Positions 14,761 to 31,466 are shown, counted from the stretch's first letter. The stretch: 64,000 bases of DNA from Vicugna vicugna (GCA_013265495.1 MU063893.1:3913954-3977953); one strand, 5' to 3'. Program-made: numbers and translations. The notes: a model not told the origin generated them from the letters alone.

Positions 14761-15626
14761 TTTTCATGAGTTTTTTTTTCTTTTGAGTAACTAACAAGTT
14801 GTGGAGAAAACATTGCTAATATGGACTGCACAATAGTTGGTTATGATCTCTGTGTTTTAGGTTGACCTTTATAAATCACCAACTTACCAGGTTTGTCAGC
14901 AAAACAGGAGAACATGTCAACTAAAATTCTGATTTAATAATTCTTTGTGTGAAGAACGTTAGGGGCAGTGAAAGAATAGAAGGGATAGCACTCTGTTATT
15001 GTTGTTATTGTTTTCTTTTATTTTACCTTTTCTCTTTTTGTTTTTATTTTGTTTTGTTAAAACTGTTAAAACTAAAACCCAAAGCAGAGGTATTTTCAAG
15101 ACTCAGCAATACTACATACCGGTCTCATTCGGCGACTTTCCTGATTAAGCAGAACTAGTGACCAGATGAAAGGAGATTATAGGAATAATTTATCAAGTGA
15201 CTTTATAATATACATTGTTTCTGTTTACCAAAAGAACTCTGAAAAAAGAAGTCTAATATATGCCATTTAACAGACGAGGAAACTGAGGTTTAGGAAAGCC
15301 AAATAAATAGTCCAATGTAAAAATAAAATAAGTTTGTAAGGAACAGAAACAGGATCTAATCCTTGGCCCACACATCTTAGATGCCATATGCTGGTTCAGA
15401 AAAACAGGAAAGGAGTGGAGTGAGAACAGCTCACGTGGAATGGCTGGTGATGAGTGTGTAATGAGGAGCCGTAGATCCTCACGCCCAGAGTGTGCGGCAT
15501 GGGCACCGCTGTGTGAGAACTGTGGGCTCTCAGCATCCTTTTCTTCTACTAAACTAGAATCCACATTTAAATGAGGTTCCTATGTAACTTGTATGCGCAC
15601 CAAATTTTGAGAAATGCTGTCCCTGA

Positions 15627-15760
15627 GCAGCGATTCCCAAACATGACTACACGTTGGAATCACCTGGGGAAATTTAACAAACTGTCAGTGCCCACTTCTC
15701 TCCCCAGGGATTGTGTTTTAATCAGGGTGGGATGCAGTGCAGGTTGAGAACTACTGTTCT
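15627..15760. mobile_element. MER5-like hAT MITE fragment
   Basis: cagcgattcccaaac...ttggaatcacctgggga...ggttgagaactactg. Confidence 0.6.
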
Positions 15761-16210
15761 GAAGTCTAGAAGACCAGCTGAAGGTCTAATACATGCTGTT
15801 GTAAAGACTAGATGACCAGGTATCTCAAATGCAGCGCCATCGAGGTGCAAATTAGGAAGGTGCCTCATTTATACTAAGGTTTGGTGGAGCTTTGCAGATG
15901 GTTAGGTCAAGCTTCTTTGAGACAAGTTCAAGACAAGCCTCTGAGAGAAGAGCTTTTTTGGACTACAGTTTCAAACCTCCTGTTCACCTGCATCCTAACA
16001 TATCCTGAGCTCTCACATTTCTGTTAGACCCATGATCATATCTGGCTCATTCTGTCAGAAAATACCAATTCATTTGATTAACATCAATGAAATATAGCCC
16101 TTATGTTAAAAGTTTGTGTCTTCTTTGACCATGAGTTCCTTGTCAATTACTCACATGATTAACACCGATTTCCTAAGCTATTTCTGGCCATGTGGGGTTT
16201 GGACCATTAG

Positions 16211-16369
<159 letters not shown>

Positions 16370-16547
16370 TGAAAAATGTGTACAAGAACAATTTTCAATC
16401 CCTTTCTTACAGTGTAATGATAAAAGGAACAGAGCCCTTTAGGAATGAACCATAGCTTAGGGCCTTGTGTGTTCTCTGTTGCTTGGGTTACATTCCTGCA
16501 GTAATGATGGGATGTTGGGTGGGCACAGCATGTTCTGTAGTTGTGAA

Positions 16548-17072
16548 TGTCACCGAAGAAAAATTTTTCTCTACCCTCTTAGGTTTGGTACTTGGGAGCC
16601 TGTGAACAAAAGGCAGATTAGCAAGAGAAAAGATGGAGTTTATTTACATGTGCGACAGGCACACACACAGGAGTGCTCAGTGAAGAGTAACTCAAAGGGT
16701 GGTTAGAATTTGGGGCTTATTTTGCACCCTAATGGGGAGGCAGAGAAAGGCACTTGGGATGAAACAAATGACTTCTTAGAAGAGGTGGGAGGAATAAGGG
16801 CATTTCTTAGGAAAACAGACGACTTTTTGGAAAGATCCGTGAGCCCTTAGGAGGATAATTGGGAGACCGAATATTCTTGTGACTGTGTCTGATTGGGCGT
16901 GGTGTCAATTTATTGTCTCCAAGAAGATTAGTTTTGCTTCAGGGGTGGGAGTTTATGGCAGTTGAGTTCTGATGGGAGACTCTGCTTTTAGGCTCATAAG
17001 GGATTTCAGATTTCAAATGTCTTCAGCTTACAATAATTTTTATGCCATGATGGCTTATTCTGGACCCTTTCA
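16548..17072 (-). mobile_element. Solo ERV1-class LTR (MER34-like)
   Basis: TG...CA termini and 4-bp TSD tgaa (16544-16547, 17073-17076); minus strand begins tgaaagggtccagaataagcca. Confidence 0.75.
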
Positions 17073-17315
17073 TGAAACTGATTGCTTTTTCATGAAATCC
17101 TGACACAGCAGTTAAGACACTCCAGTCACCAGTTACTGAAATTTGTCAGAGAACAAATGCTTGACTCTCTTGTGCTGGGAGGGTGGACTTCGGCCATCAG
17201 AGTCTGTCCCTTGGTATACAAAATCTGAGGCATTAGAATCATTTCATTAAAGTTCAGGTGATTGGGGGTCCTCCGGTCTAAAACTTGGTCATTATTACTC
17301 TAGAATAAATTCTAA

Positions 17316-17504
<189 letters not shown>

Positions 17505-17747
17505 TAAATTTAACATGCAAGTGTGACTCATAAAAATGTGCTATTCTAAGCAGCTGTTATAAGCATGCTATTAACAAATTGACCCTACCCTCAATGATTC
17601 ACAGAAAGATGCTGAGAAAAGAGACTAGCATTCTACGTTAATGAAATAGTTTGGGAAAGTGGGGTGTGCTTTGTGCCCCTAAACGAAAGCTTAGAAAAAG
17701 CTTTATTTATTTTTAATAGATCACTTGCTGACTTTCACTCCGTGTAA

Positions 17748-17915
<168 letters not shown>

Positions 17916-18758
17916 TAAAAGAATTTCCTGGTTTTACTGAGAATACTGCCTATTCCCAGTATAAGCAGCTGTGCTTAAGCAGGCTATAAGAGCGACGACT
18001 CACACTGTCTCATCTTGAGTTTTTAAAAATATGTATCAAAATACTTGTATATATTCAGACTTTTTTGTTGGGCCAACCATTCCTTCAAGAAACTGGTCCT
18101 TTTTAGTCAGAAACTATACTCAGAGACCACAGTTATGGGGTTCCGAGGCAATCTGGTTTTGTCTCTGTTTTTCTTATTACATGTTTTATTAGTAAAAATT
18201 TCTTATCCTTACTGTGTTGATTATATTTTACATAATGCATTTTTATTTGAGTTCTCAAAGCATTTCTTTCCCTAGTTTAGGTGAACAAAAGGATACAGTA
18301 CAAACATGTAATAAAATATTTTTATGTTTTAAGTGGCTAAAGTTGAAAGTGTCTGTTATACAATGGGCAGTGAGGTTTTACAAGAGCTGCAGACGGAAAA
18401 GCCCAATGGTGTCTGGAATAGTCCTTTCTCTCCCCTACCCCGTGCCCTTGCAATCAGACACTTAGGTCCTAGAGCAAGAGTCAGTTTGATTTTGGGCTCC
18501 CTTACTTTCATACAAGTAAAATTAGGAAAGAATAAATGCCAAAGAAGGCGTGAAGGAGAAAAGCAACAAAACAAAATGTGGGGAAGTAGACTGAGGGAGA
18601 AGACGTGGAGAGAATCCTTTCTCCCCTTTGCCTTGTGGATGGGGTAGGATTTGGGTCATGGATATGTTTCGATGGCCTTAGCAATTTTTTCTAATTGTTG
18701 TGGTTTGTTTGGTAGATTGGATTGTAATGCCGGAGGGCCAGGCAGCAAGGTGAGGTGA

Positions 18759-19031
<273 letters not shown>

Positions 19032-19102
19032 TAATTCCTAATCTCCTTCCAGTGCCTCTAGCTGAAAGCTAGGTCCTTCACTGTGTTTTTTCCCCTTCTT
19101 AG

Positions 19103-19396
<294 letters not shown>

Positions 19397-19832
19397 TAGA
19401 CAGTAGCCTGCATGCCGACTGCCCACCTCCTCGCCCCCCCCATTCGCTCTCCCACGGCCTGCAGTCTCCGTCTTCCCCCATCACTTCACGATGCTGCTCT
19501 GACACCCGGCACCAGTTACCTCCTAACTGGCAGGTCCAGTGGGATGGTTTCTCTCCTCTTCTTACTCAGTTTCTCCACAGTATTTGACAGGTCTGACTAC
19601 TTCTTTCTCAAACTTATTTCTCTCTGTTTTCTATGGAGATGTTACCTGCTGGTTTACTGCTAATACCTTTGCTGACCTGAGTGCGCAGTGTCCTCAAGTG
19701 ACCGTTTGACTCCTCCTGACATTCGTTCTGAGCGTTTGCACCGCTTCACGTTCCTAAGTGAAGAGGATCTGCGCCGTGGTCGTGTTGGGAATTTCTTCGC
19801 AAAGTGCTCTGTTTCTCTCAGTATTTATTTAA

Positions 19833-19991
<159 letters not shown>

Positions 19992-20174
19992 TAACATTCT
20001 GATTACTGGGTGACTGGGTAGATCTCTATCATTGAGTCTTGGAGCATGTAGGGGAAGCGGGGGTGAAGAAAGCAAATACAGCAATAATTCTAAGTATTCC
20101 CTCTCTTACTATTCAAATAATACCAAAACATGTAGCTTAGAATTAAAATCAGATTGTATCTGCATATCTCGATA

Positions 20175-20360
20175 CTAACTACCATTATGTAAAATAAACA
20201 ACAAGTTTATACTGTACAGCACAGGGAACTATATTCAATGTCTTATAGTAACCTATAATGAAAAAGAATGTGAAAACAAATATATGTATGTATATGTATG
20301 ACTGAAACATTATGCTGTACACCAGAAATGGATGCAACGTTGTAAACTGACTATACTTCA

Positions 20361-20363
<3 letters not shown>
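20175..20363 (+). mobile_element. L1 3'-end fragment
   Basis: aacaagtttatactgtacagcacagggaactatattcaat...tgtaaactgactatacttcaat. Confidence 0.8.

Positions 20364-20397
<34 letters not shown>
20364..20397. repeat. (AC)17 microsatellite
   Basis: Perfect 34-nt run. Confidence 0.95.
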
Positions 20398-20399
<2 letters not shown>

Positions 20400-21253
20400 C
20401 AGTTGTTAGAAGTGGAAGTGAACTTGTAAATCTGGTTTTTTCCTGAGTCTAGCTCTCCTTTTACAAATGAATGAGCTGAAGTGAAAACAGATCATGTACT
20501 CCTTACGTTGTCACAAAGTACATGAATTGTTCAGTTGCCAGTTCAGGGCTCTTCCACCTGCATGTGTTGGACAAACTGATCAGAGCCCAAGTACTCAGGT
20601 GCATGACAAAGTTGTGGCCACAGTGAGGACAAATGTCTCACATGGTGTCAAATGAAAACAAATGCAAAGCATCAGGTGTTCAGCACAATTTAGGGAGCTC
20701 TAGGGTTGAACTTTTTTTCTATGTATAGAAGGAAGGTAGAACATTCAAACAGTATGAAGAGCTAAAAAGATGAGGAGCCCTGAAATGATATCAGCCAAAG
20801 ACATCTACCATCAGTGTTTTGGTTTGCATCTTCCCGGAGCCCGCACTTGCAGGGCTGTTGGTGCGTGCTTGCTCTCACCCTCCCTGCGTATGCTTACGTA
20901 TGTGTGTGCATTTACGTGTGTGTGTGTGTACTCATAGCTATATTTGGATATTTAGAGAATGTATAAGTTGATATATAGGGGATCATATAAATTGGAAATT
21001 TTTCTCACCTGATGTCTTTGGAAATTTTTCATTTTCAATAATGATAGACATATATCATTTTGAAGGGATTTTAAGACCCTTCTCCAAAAAACCTTCAATG
21101 GGTAGATAAGACAGGGCAGGAACACCTGTTTCTCACCATTACATAAGAACCTCTTGAAAAAAAGAAATACCTGTAGTTATTTTTCTGAGTCCTCAAAAAA
21201 AAAAAAGACACCATCAGTACAACATATGAAGACACGTTACTTTTACTTAATAG

Positions 21254-21379
<126 letters not shown>

Positions 21380-21413
21380 TGATTAAAATGGCAATGCACA
21401 GCTAGTATTTTGA

Positions 21414-21593
<180 letters not shown>

Positions 21594-22698
21594 TAAGGCC
21601 ATTGTTGCTACGGACCTAACACGTGATCAGACTGTTAGTCTTGCTAGATGCCAGATGCCAATGTATTATTTTTAAGAACTTGGCAAGATAAGTATGGTTG
21701 TTATTATGGAGTGAAGGAAGAAAATCCTGGGCACATAGGGAAGAAGGGCTCCAATCAATACTTGTGGAATGTATATAATGAAAGAATGAATGAATAAATG
21801 AATGAATGGAAGGTTAGAAGAGAAAAAGAGAAGTAACTTGACCAAGGTCTAACAGCTAATAAATTGTAAAAGCAAAGTTTGGACTCGTTTCTGCATGAGT
21901 CCGAGGCCCATGTATTTTCCTCCGCCATATTGTGTAGACCAGAGTATGGAGGGTTGAGTAACTTGTAGACCTCATGTGCTTTGGGGTTTTAGGTACTGGC
22001 TCAATACCCTTCTCCTGTGCTGTGTCTACCTTTATGTGAATGAAAATTCTATAGCGAGGAAAAAGTATTGAGAATTTACTCTACTTGCTGCAACTGTGGC
22101 AGCAAGAAGCCAGACCAAAACCACACTCGGTCATTAGCAAAGTCATGGGTGTAATTTTAGCCTTCTTGAAAGTTGTTGAAAAAAATCATAGAACAAAAGT
22201 TTTTAGGTCTATGTATAGACTTCTAATTTAAAAAAAGATGATTATATTTACTTTAAAATATGCACATACACATAATTTTAAAATGTCTTTTCTTATTACA
22301 ATATATGACCAGTGTTTCTACTTTAAAACAATACAAGTTCCAAAAAGCTGTTCACAAATTCATTTTTGTGTGTTCAAAACCACAAGATGTGTAAGACTAA
22401 TGTATACACATCTATGTAAAGCTAAATTTCACCTTCATTCCGTAAAGATTGTATACTTCTAGTTGCTAGCTTCAAGACTGCTTTTGAAACTTTTGGAAAT
22501 CATGGAGTTAATGATGTACATAAAACGACTAAAGCAAAACAAGGCAAAACAAAATATAAACACACTCAATGGTGCAGTCTGCCCCCAACAGCAGCTGAAA
22601 GGGAGAACACTAGAAGAGAAAAGCGGGTATTAACTTTTGAGCTCCTCAGCGTTGTCGCTGCATCCCCCGGGCTGAGACACGCTAAGGTTGCACATTGA

Positions 22699-23007
<309 letters not shown>

Positions 23008-23284
23008 TAGCGTCTAGAGATAACGTGCTTCGTACACATCAGTCTGGCCCTGATACCGTGACGGTCTTTCCTGTACCGCCTCATGAGGATAGAAAGTACA
23101 ACCTTGAAGTGGTAACGCTGGAACATTTCCTACTAAAATATAACATGCAGACAGAAAAAGTGCACATATCCTTGAGTATACAGTTGATGAATACTGAGCA
23201 CATCTGTGTATCCAGAACCCAGATGAGGAAACATAATGCCAGCGCCATAGGGATGGCTTTGGCATCTTCTAGTTAAGTTCAGTG

Positions 23285-23830
23285 TGTCTATTTATTGAGC
23301 TCCTACTGTGTTTAGGCTGTTGAGCTAGGTATGCATGGTGAGGGTGGAGAGAAACATAAATATAGTAACAGAAACACCTCCTTCCCCCCTCAAAGTTTCT
23401 ATATGTACATAATTATGGCAAGCTAGGATAAAAGTGCCAGCAGGAACATAGAAAGTAAATGTTTAAAGAGGTCCTGAGTAAGGGACTCAGCAACCCTGAC
23501 AAGGTTACAGGGAGCGAAGGGAGTCACCGACGGAGCAAGAGTAACTTCATGGAAAAGATGGCACTCGAGTTTAACCTTGAAAGTGGGTGTATTTTATCAG
23601 ACCGATGGGGGGAGGTCATTTTACAGCAGAAGTAGACCTGAGCAAGACCAGCAAGGGAGAAAATTCGGTGTGTCTGTAAGCATCAGCATGTAGGATTGGA
23701 ATGAGAAATGATGCTGGGAAGGTGGGTTGGAGCCAGGTTTCGAGGCACTGATAAGGAGGAGCAGCAGAAGACCCTGATTTTTGAGAGATGAGTGACCCAG
23801 TCAGATTTAGGCTTTGGAAAATTAATTCTG
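23285..23830 (-). mobile_element. L2 fragment (degraded)
   Basis: tttattgagctcctactgtgtttaggc...gatgagtgacccagtcagatttagg, typical L2 3' region. Confidence 0.5.
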
Positions 23831-23894
23831 TGAGTGCCGTGATCAAAATAATAATATCAGCGGTATTTCTAGTTACTATCATCAGACAGCTATT

Positions 23895-24030
23895 GTGTGT
23901 CAAGTGTCTTACTTACATTATCTCATTTCCTGAAACCCCAGGTAGCTAATTAGTGCCCACTTTAACAAAATGAGGAAACTGAGGCACAGAAAGGCATTTA
24001 CTCGAAGTCACCTGGAAGTGGAGTGGACAC
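23895..24030 (-). mobile_element. MIR SINE
   Basis: aacaaaatgaggaaactgaggcacagaaagg. Confidence 0.65.
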
Positions 24031-24144
24031 AGAGTACAGATCGATTTGCTCATGCATGTTAGCCTTCTCAGGAAGAGCTTAGCGGAGTTCATTGGCAGGT
24101 CTCTGGTAGAAAGCAGAGCGGGGCGTGGCGGGGTGATGGGATGA

Positions 24145-24309
<165 letters not shown>

Positions 24310-24464
24310 TGATCAAGATAAATTTGGTAAACATTGGGAAGGGATTGGTCTGCATCCTCACCGAGAAATCTGTTGAGCCAGCTTCCTACCCGGTGCTTCA
24401 CTTGGGCTCATTGGCATCACTGATTGCAATTAACTGGGTCCTGTGATGTCCCATGAAATGTGCA

Positions 24465-24655
24465 CCTCTTGGGGAGTGATGGAAATGTTAGCTGTCTTGA
24501 TTGTGGTGGTGGCTTCAGAGGTATATGCATCTATCGGAATTCATCAGCTTGTAAGTCTGATATGTATGTAGTTTACTGTGCAGGGATCACACCACAATAA
24601 AGGTGTTAGAAAAGATTTAAAATAATTTAAAAAGAAAAGAAAAAAAAAAAAAAGA
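24465..24655 (+). mobile_element. Old L1M 3' end with A-rich tail
   Basis: ggggagtgatggaaatgttagctgtcttgattgtggtggtgg...caataaaggtg...aaaaaaaaa. Confidence 0.6.
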
Positions 24656-24877
24656 AAATGCCCTGATGCTGCAGCCTCTGCTATTCCTGTGGCAGTCAAG
24701 GACGCGGCGAGCCTGTGAAGGGTGTTTGTTTGTTTGTTTGTTTTATCAAATCTCCATACACTTTACCTACATCGCTCATTTTGTGATAAGAATCGAATGA
24801 GGAAATACTTTAAAATTATTTAAATGGCGATCTCCCGAGAGAGAGAGAGAAACCCTAGAGGAAATGAAAGAGGCTGA

Positions 24878-25225
<348 letters not shown>

Positions 25226-26011
25226 TAAGTTCACCTAACCCAAGGGAATTTTGTTAATGCAACTGGGTACGTTGACTGTATCATCAAACATAAGAGTGAA
25301 AATTAAAACAATTCAAACTGTTACTCAGATACATTTTTTTGAATTTGAATACCCAGTTGCTAACTTGTAAGGCTACTGCTGCCTAGTACTGTTTTGGGTG
25401 TATTTAAGTGTTACAGCCTGTTCCCTCTTAGGGGAGAGAACTAGACTAGGTCATGGGATCTGGGGTCTTTTCTTTGTTCCACCACCAACTAACTCTGTAC
25501 CTTACACAGATCATTCAAGTTCTTTCATCCTCAGTTTCTTTGGTCTTAATTTAAAGAATCTGAAAGCTTGAACCTGATGGTCTTTTCCGTAATGCACTAT
25601 ATTCAGGCTCTGGGAATAAGCCTGCCATGTACATGCTGATAAGAATATCACAGAGCACTTCCAGAATTCAGAATTTTTACTGTCAGCCAACAAGCATCTC
25701 TAATTTGACTCTAAGAAAGAGCACTTAAGAGGCTTCCTGTGTCAAAATCCAGATACAGTTCATTTCCTTAGATCTCTGGCATTTCAGGCCCTCAGGCATA
25801 TTATTCTATCATATAAAATGATATGTATTCTAATTACTATTACTATTATTTTGGGTAAGTTTTTTCTATCACCTGGAATTCCATATTAAAAAGGTAGATA
25901 TGCTAAAAGAGAAAAGAGTAAACTTTTAAATTGTCTGCTGTTTTTTTGTTTTTTTTGTGATCGGATCCAGTCTCTTTCTGACAGTCTGCTGAAGTTTTAA
26001 AATGTATTGCT

Positions 26012-26153
26012 AGGGAGGATAGAGCTCAGTGGTAGAGCTCATGCTTAGCATGCGTGAGGTCCTGGGTTCAATCCCCAGTACCTCCTCTAAACATAAATAA
26101 ATAAACCCAATTACCTCCCTCTCCCCAAAAAAACTAAAAAAAATTTTTTTAAT
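26012..26153 (+). mobile_element. Camelid-type tRNA-derived SINE
   Basis: agctcagtggtagagc (A box), gggttcaatccc (B box), A-rich tail; TSD ttaaaatgtatt(g/a)ct at 25997-26011 and 26154-26168. Confidence 0.9.
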
Positions 26154-26242
26154 TTAAAATGTATTACTTATTCTGCTTATTTTTTAAAGGGGGATGTGGC
26201 AATTGGAATTATAGTCTAAAACATGCCTAGCATAGATGCTGA

Positions 26243-26659
<417 letters not shown>

Positions 26660-27291
26660 TAGAAGAGATTGTGCTGGGGTTTTGGGAGGTTGGGTGACTG
26701 ATGGTGACACATTTTTTTTTCTCGAGAGTCTTTTTTTCTTGACCAAGTTTCCAGTCAGTGTAGAAGCATCTGTGGGTGACTCCGGGTTTAAGGATGCTCC
26801 TATGTGTTATCAGATTCTCATAGCAGATCGTTACTTACTCCGTGACGCGGAGGCAGGCAGAGCAGTCACCCGGCACTCACCCTGAGCTCAGGCTCATCAG
26901 GCTGTGGTTATTGCCTCTGCCGTTTCATCCCAGTGCGATCTGGGGCAAGTCATTGTGCCGGTTCCTCAGCTGTAAGCTGAGGTAATCAGAGTACGTATCG
27001 CTGGGGACCGTTGGGAAGATTAAATGAGGTAAACAATACAAAGCTGGAACTCTAACCACATCATGTATTTCATCATCTTTATTATTATTCCTAATGTGGT
27101 TCCATCTGGGATCTTTCTTTGAGTCGCCAAATTATTGCCTCTGTTAGAAGAAAATTATCATTTGATAACAGAGAAAAGAAAGACCATTTGTGCACTTGCA
27201 GTATGTGGTTAAGAAGTTCCCTAGGAAGTGCTAGGAAATCTATTTTCCCCCTTCAGAGGCTGGCTCGTGAAGAACAATGTTTTCATTTCAG

Positions 27292-27348
27292 GGTGCAGAG
27301 AAAGTGACGGCGTATGTGCCTGACGCCGTCTGGTATGACTACGAGACT
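27292..27348 (+). CDS. MGAM: MGAM exon 20
   Basis: GAEKVTAYVPDAVWYDYET; cag/gtaagt; 57 nt. Confidence 0.96.
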
Positions 27349-27861
27349 GTAAGTAGCTTTGACTTTTCTTAAACTCTTCCAGCTGCATAGACAAGACACC
27401 TCCCTGTAGAGAGAAACATCTCTCCGTGCACTGAGGAGTGTTTCTGTAATGTCATAGCCGAGTCTTTAAAACGAGCTTAAGTCACTTGACACGAGTCATG
27501 AAGAAATCTGAAAAAAGATACTTTCATATATTTTATTCATTAATAAGACAAAGACTGAAGTAGAGTGTCTCATGGGCAAATATTGGGACTGATGGACAGT
27601 TTGAGCTTGGACATGAGTCAAATGACTTGTTTAGACCTATCCATTCATATAATGTACGTCAGCTAGCCTCAGCATGATGTCACTGCCCCCCCGCAAACTC
27701 CCAACTGATCATAAAACTTATTATTCTTAAATTTTTTTCCTTTCCTTGTTTGATTGCCTGACTAGACAGGCATTCAGCCAGGGTGGGAAAAGGAGAGCTG
27801 TAGTTGGCTCAGCAGGTGGGTAAGAGGTGGAGGTGCTGTGGTGTCATGCCAGCGTGTTTGA

Positions 27862-28041
<180 letters not shown>

Positions 28042-30167
28042 TGACACACCTGGTCGTTTCTGCTCCCATCTGTTGTCCTTGTAGGAACTGCTGAAGCATT
28101 ACATGGCATGTGGGGAGGAAGGGTACCGGGGTGTGTATGTGGCCATTGAACTCTCTCTCTCCTGGATTTCCCTAGGCCTCTTGTGGGGAAGCCGTGATTT
28201 GGAGCTCCATCCAAATGGATTCTGAAAGACCTTAATCTTTGTCCTTCCTTAAACCCCTTGACTTTCTCCTCAAAACATACTGAGTGCCAGGGTGGTGAAC
28301 CTTCCCGGTTTTCCCAGGACCACTTCAGTTTTAGCTCTGAAAGTCTCATGTCTTGGGAAACCTCGATTCCAGGCAAATGGGGTCTGTTGCTCACCCCGCC
28401 TGTCTTGATCAGACCTTCGGTCCACCATGCTGCGCTCTTGACTCCTCGTTCCCATTTCACTGTCCACTCCCCCGTAACCTCCATTTCCCCTTCCTTTCTT
28501 CCCACTAAGCCCTTTTTCTCTTGTGATGCAGAATGGGACTCAAAAATGCCCTCTTATGCACTTCAGATCTCCTTCATGTCACTGACCTCTCCTTTAAGAT
28601 TTTTTGATTCTCATAGGCTCCGTCTGCACTAAAGAGGCACCCATTCCTATCTGTCTCTAAACGTCTTTGCTTATTTGCTTTTAAGAGGGAGTTTTGAGGA
28701 GGTTAGAAATCTGTCTTTTCTTTTTGAACCCCCCTTGCTACCTTAATTTTTCGAATCTAGGCTTTTATGATACTGATGGAAAATGCTTATACAGCCAACA
28801 CCAGCTGGTTTCTTTTTCTCCCACTGTTCAGCTTCATGCTGTTCTGCATATGGGTACGAAAATTATCTTTCCAAAATGAAGATCTCAACCCGCTGCTTGC
28901 CAGGTTGAAGTCCAAACTCTGCCATTAGTTCAAGGCCAATCACAGTCTGGTTTCAAGTTAACACCTGTGTCTCCAGACACACCTTAATACACACCTATAG
29001 ACCAGTGATGCCGAAAATCGTGCTCTTCTCCAAGCATTGTTGTCTGTCTCACTGCAGCTGGGCTTCGGCGCTTGTCCCCCTTCACAGCGCTCTTTGCCTG
29101 ACACAGTCTTCTTGAGCTTCCAAGTTAAACTCAGATTTCATCCGCCAGATGAGATCTTCCCCAACGACTCCAGCAGAGGGAGTGCTGCTACTTCCAACTT
29201 TCTGCTCATTTTTTTTTATCCTTTTTTGCTATTTAGCTGATTTTTTTCTTTCCTCCTTAATATCGTTAAGTAGTTCAATCAGAGTTATTTTATAGTTTGT
29301 GTCTGAAAATTCCGTGATCTAAAATCCTCAGAAGGATCTAAATCTGTTGTCAGTTGTCTTTGCCAACTGTCTTTCATGTTGGCTTGGTACCTTGTGTGTT
29401 TAGTCATTTCTTTTTTTCTTTTTCAAAAGTGATCTTGAGGATCCCAGGATGGCCCTCGTTCTTGCAAAGAGGCTTAGCCTTCTCTTTGGCTGCAAGCCAG
29501 GACTGCTGTCAACTTGGGGGTCACGTTAGCACCCTTCAACAATCATGTGTTTAATTTATCTGGGCCCAAGGAGTGTTTTAGTGGGTGAGTCGTTCAACGT
29601 ATGTAGTGTCCTCCATCATAGCTAGGCCTCCACGCTGCAGGGTGTTTTACTGTGGACTCCTAAAAGTATTTCAATTTTGTGCCACTCTTTACTCTTTCCG
29701 TTTTGACTATTTGGTGAATGTGTTCAATCTTTCTTATAATATTTAAGGTCATCAGTGGAGTTGCAGTGTACTTGTTTTTGTATCTCTTAGACCTCCTAGT
29801 GATGAGAGCTACTCGGTACATGCCTGTTAAATGAAAGCAGGTGATTTTGTTGATAAGGGAACCTGGCTTGCATAGATAGGGCAGGGTGGAAGGCTGACCT
29901 GTGACAGAGTCCTATGGGATGCACGAGGTCAGGGGTGGACACAACAGGAGCAGGAGGTCGTGTCGAGGAGTGGTGAAATCAGGAGAGATTCCACTTGAAG
30001 TCCCTCTTCCTTTCTCTACATCCACCTATTTCAGCATCTTTTGAGTAGTGTTCGTATTTCATAGTCTATAAAGCAGATAATTAGAATGTTAAATTTTTCT
30101 TTTGAAATTAACTAATAATAAATAGTCAAAGTCAGAAAATTGCCATTATATATTTCTGTATCCTACA

Positions 30168-30250
30168 GAGTACATTATATATGTATATATGGAAATATAT
30201 GTGTGTATGTATATATGTGTATACATGTGTGTCTATATATATATATATAT
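30168..30250. repeat. Alternating purine-pyrimidine (TA/TG) low-complexity tract
   Basis: tatatatgtatatat...gtgtgtatgtatatatgtgtatacatgtgtg...tatatatatatatat. Confidence 0.8.
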
Positions 30251-30669
30251 AAAATGCGATGGACTGAATTGTATCTTATTGCTTTCTCAGTCAACCTGGT
30301 TCTTAGGCAGGGAAAAAAATATATCCCCCTGACTGTAGTTAATGCTTCCCCTGCACGTATCATCTCTAAATGATTAGACTGAGCCAGTTACAATCCAGGG
30401 TTTCTTCTTCTAATAGCCTGTATTCAAAATAATAGTTGCATCAGCAGCTTTGATTGTAGCAATTGCAGTGATTCTGGTGCTTAAATTCTTGCCTCCTACA
30501 TAGATGTTTATGGCTGACGTTTGGTTACTTCTGTCTCCTGTGACATTACTAATTCTAGAAAATGATGCCCGTGTTGATTTTGCCTTTGTGCCCAAAGAAA
30601 GCAGAGCCATCTGCTACTGGTAACCTTTCCCATGTGAAATCTGGTTAGAATCTTTCACAGCTCATTTAG

Positions 30670-31053
<384 letters not shown>

Positions 31054-31466
31054 TGATTGTCAACAGGCACCTGTAAGAGATGTTTTCAAGATTGTTTCTG
31101 CCATTGAATGCACATGCCTCCCCTCCAAATACTTACGAACAAAATGAATGATATATAAAACATACCCATGCCAGTGGGGCAGTGAGAACCCGCTTTTCAA
31201 GTAGGCCTGTACCTAGCCATGCTTCTTAGCACATTTTTTTTTTTCTGTCTCCAATATACTAACAGCTCTTGTGGCTCAAGCTTAGGAAACAGATTCACTT
31301 GAGGACTGTGCCTTGGAAGCACTTGGAAGGGAACTTTTCAAGGTTAAGGCCAGAAGGAAAAGGGAAAACAGTGGCTTGGTCTTGTCATTGTCAACATGTA
31401 GTCTCAAGCAGCACCAGGAGGAAAGCCATCCTGCTGGAGTCTGACCTGTTTGTCTCTCGCTTTCAG

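Noticed and set aside
26012-26090. tRNA-like A and B boxes (also at 7927-8039, 41252, 49053, 53771)
   Set aside because: They have A-rich tails and TSDs and no full cloverleaf; these are tRNA-derived SINEs, not tRNA genes.
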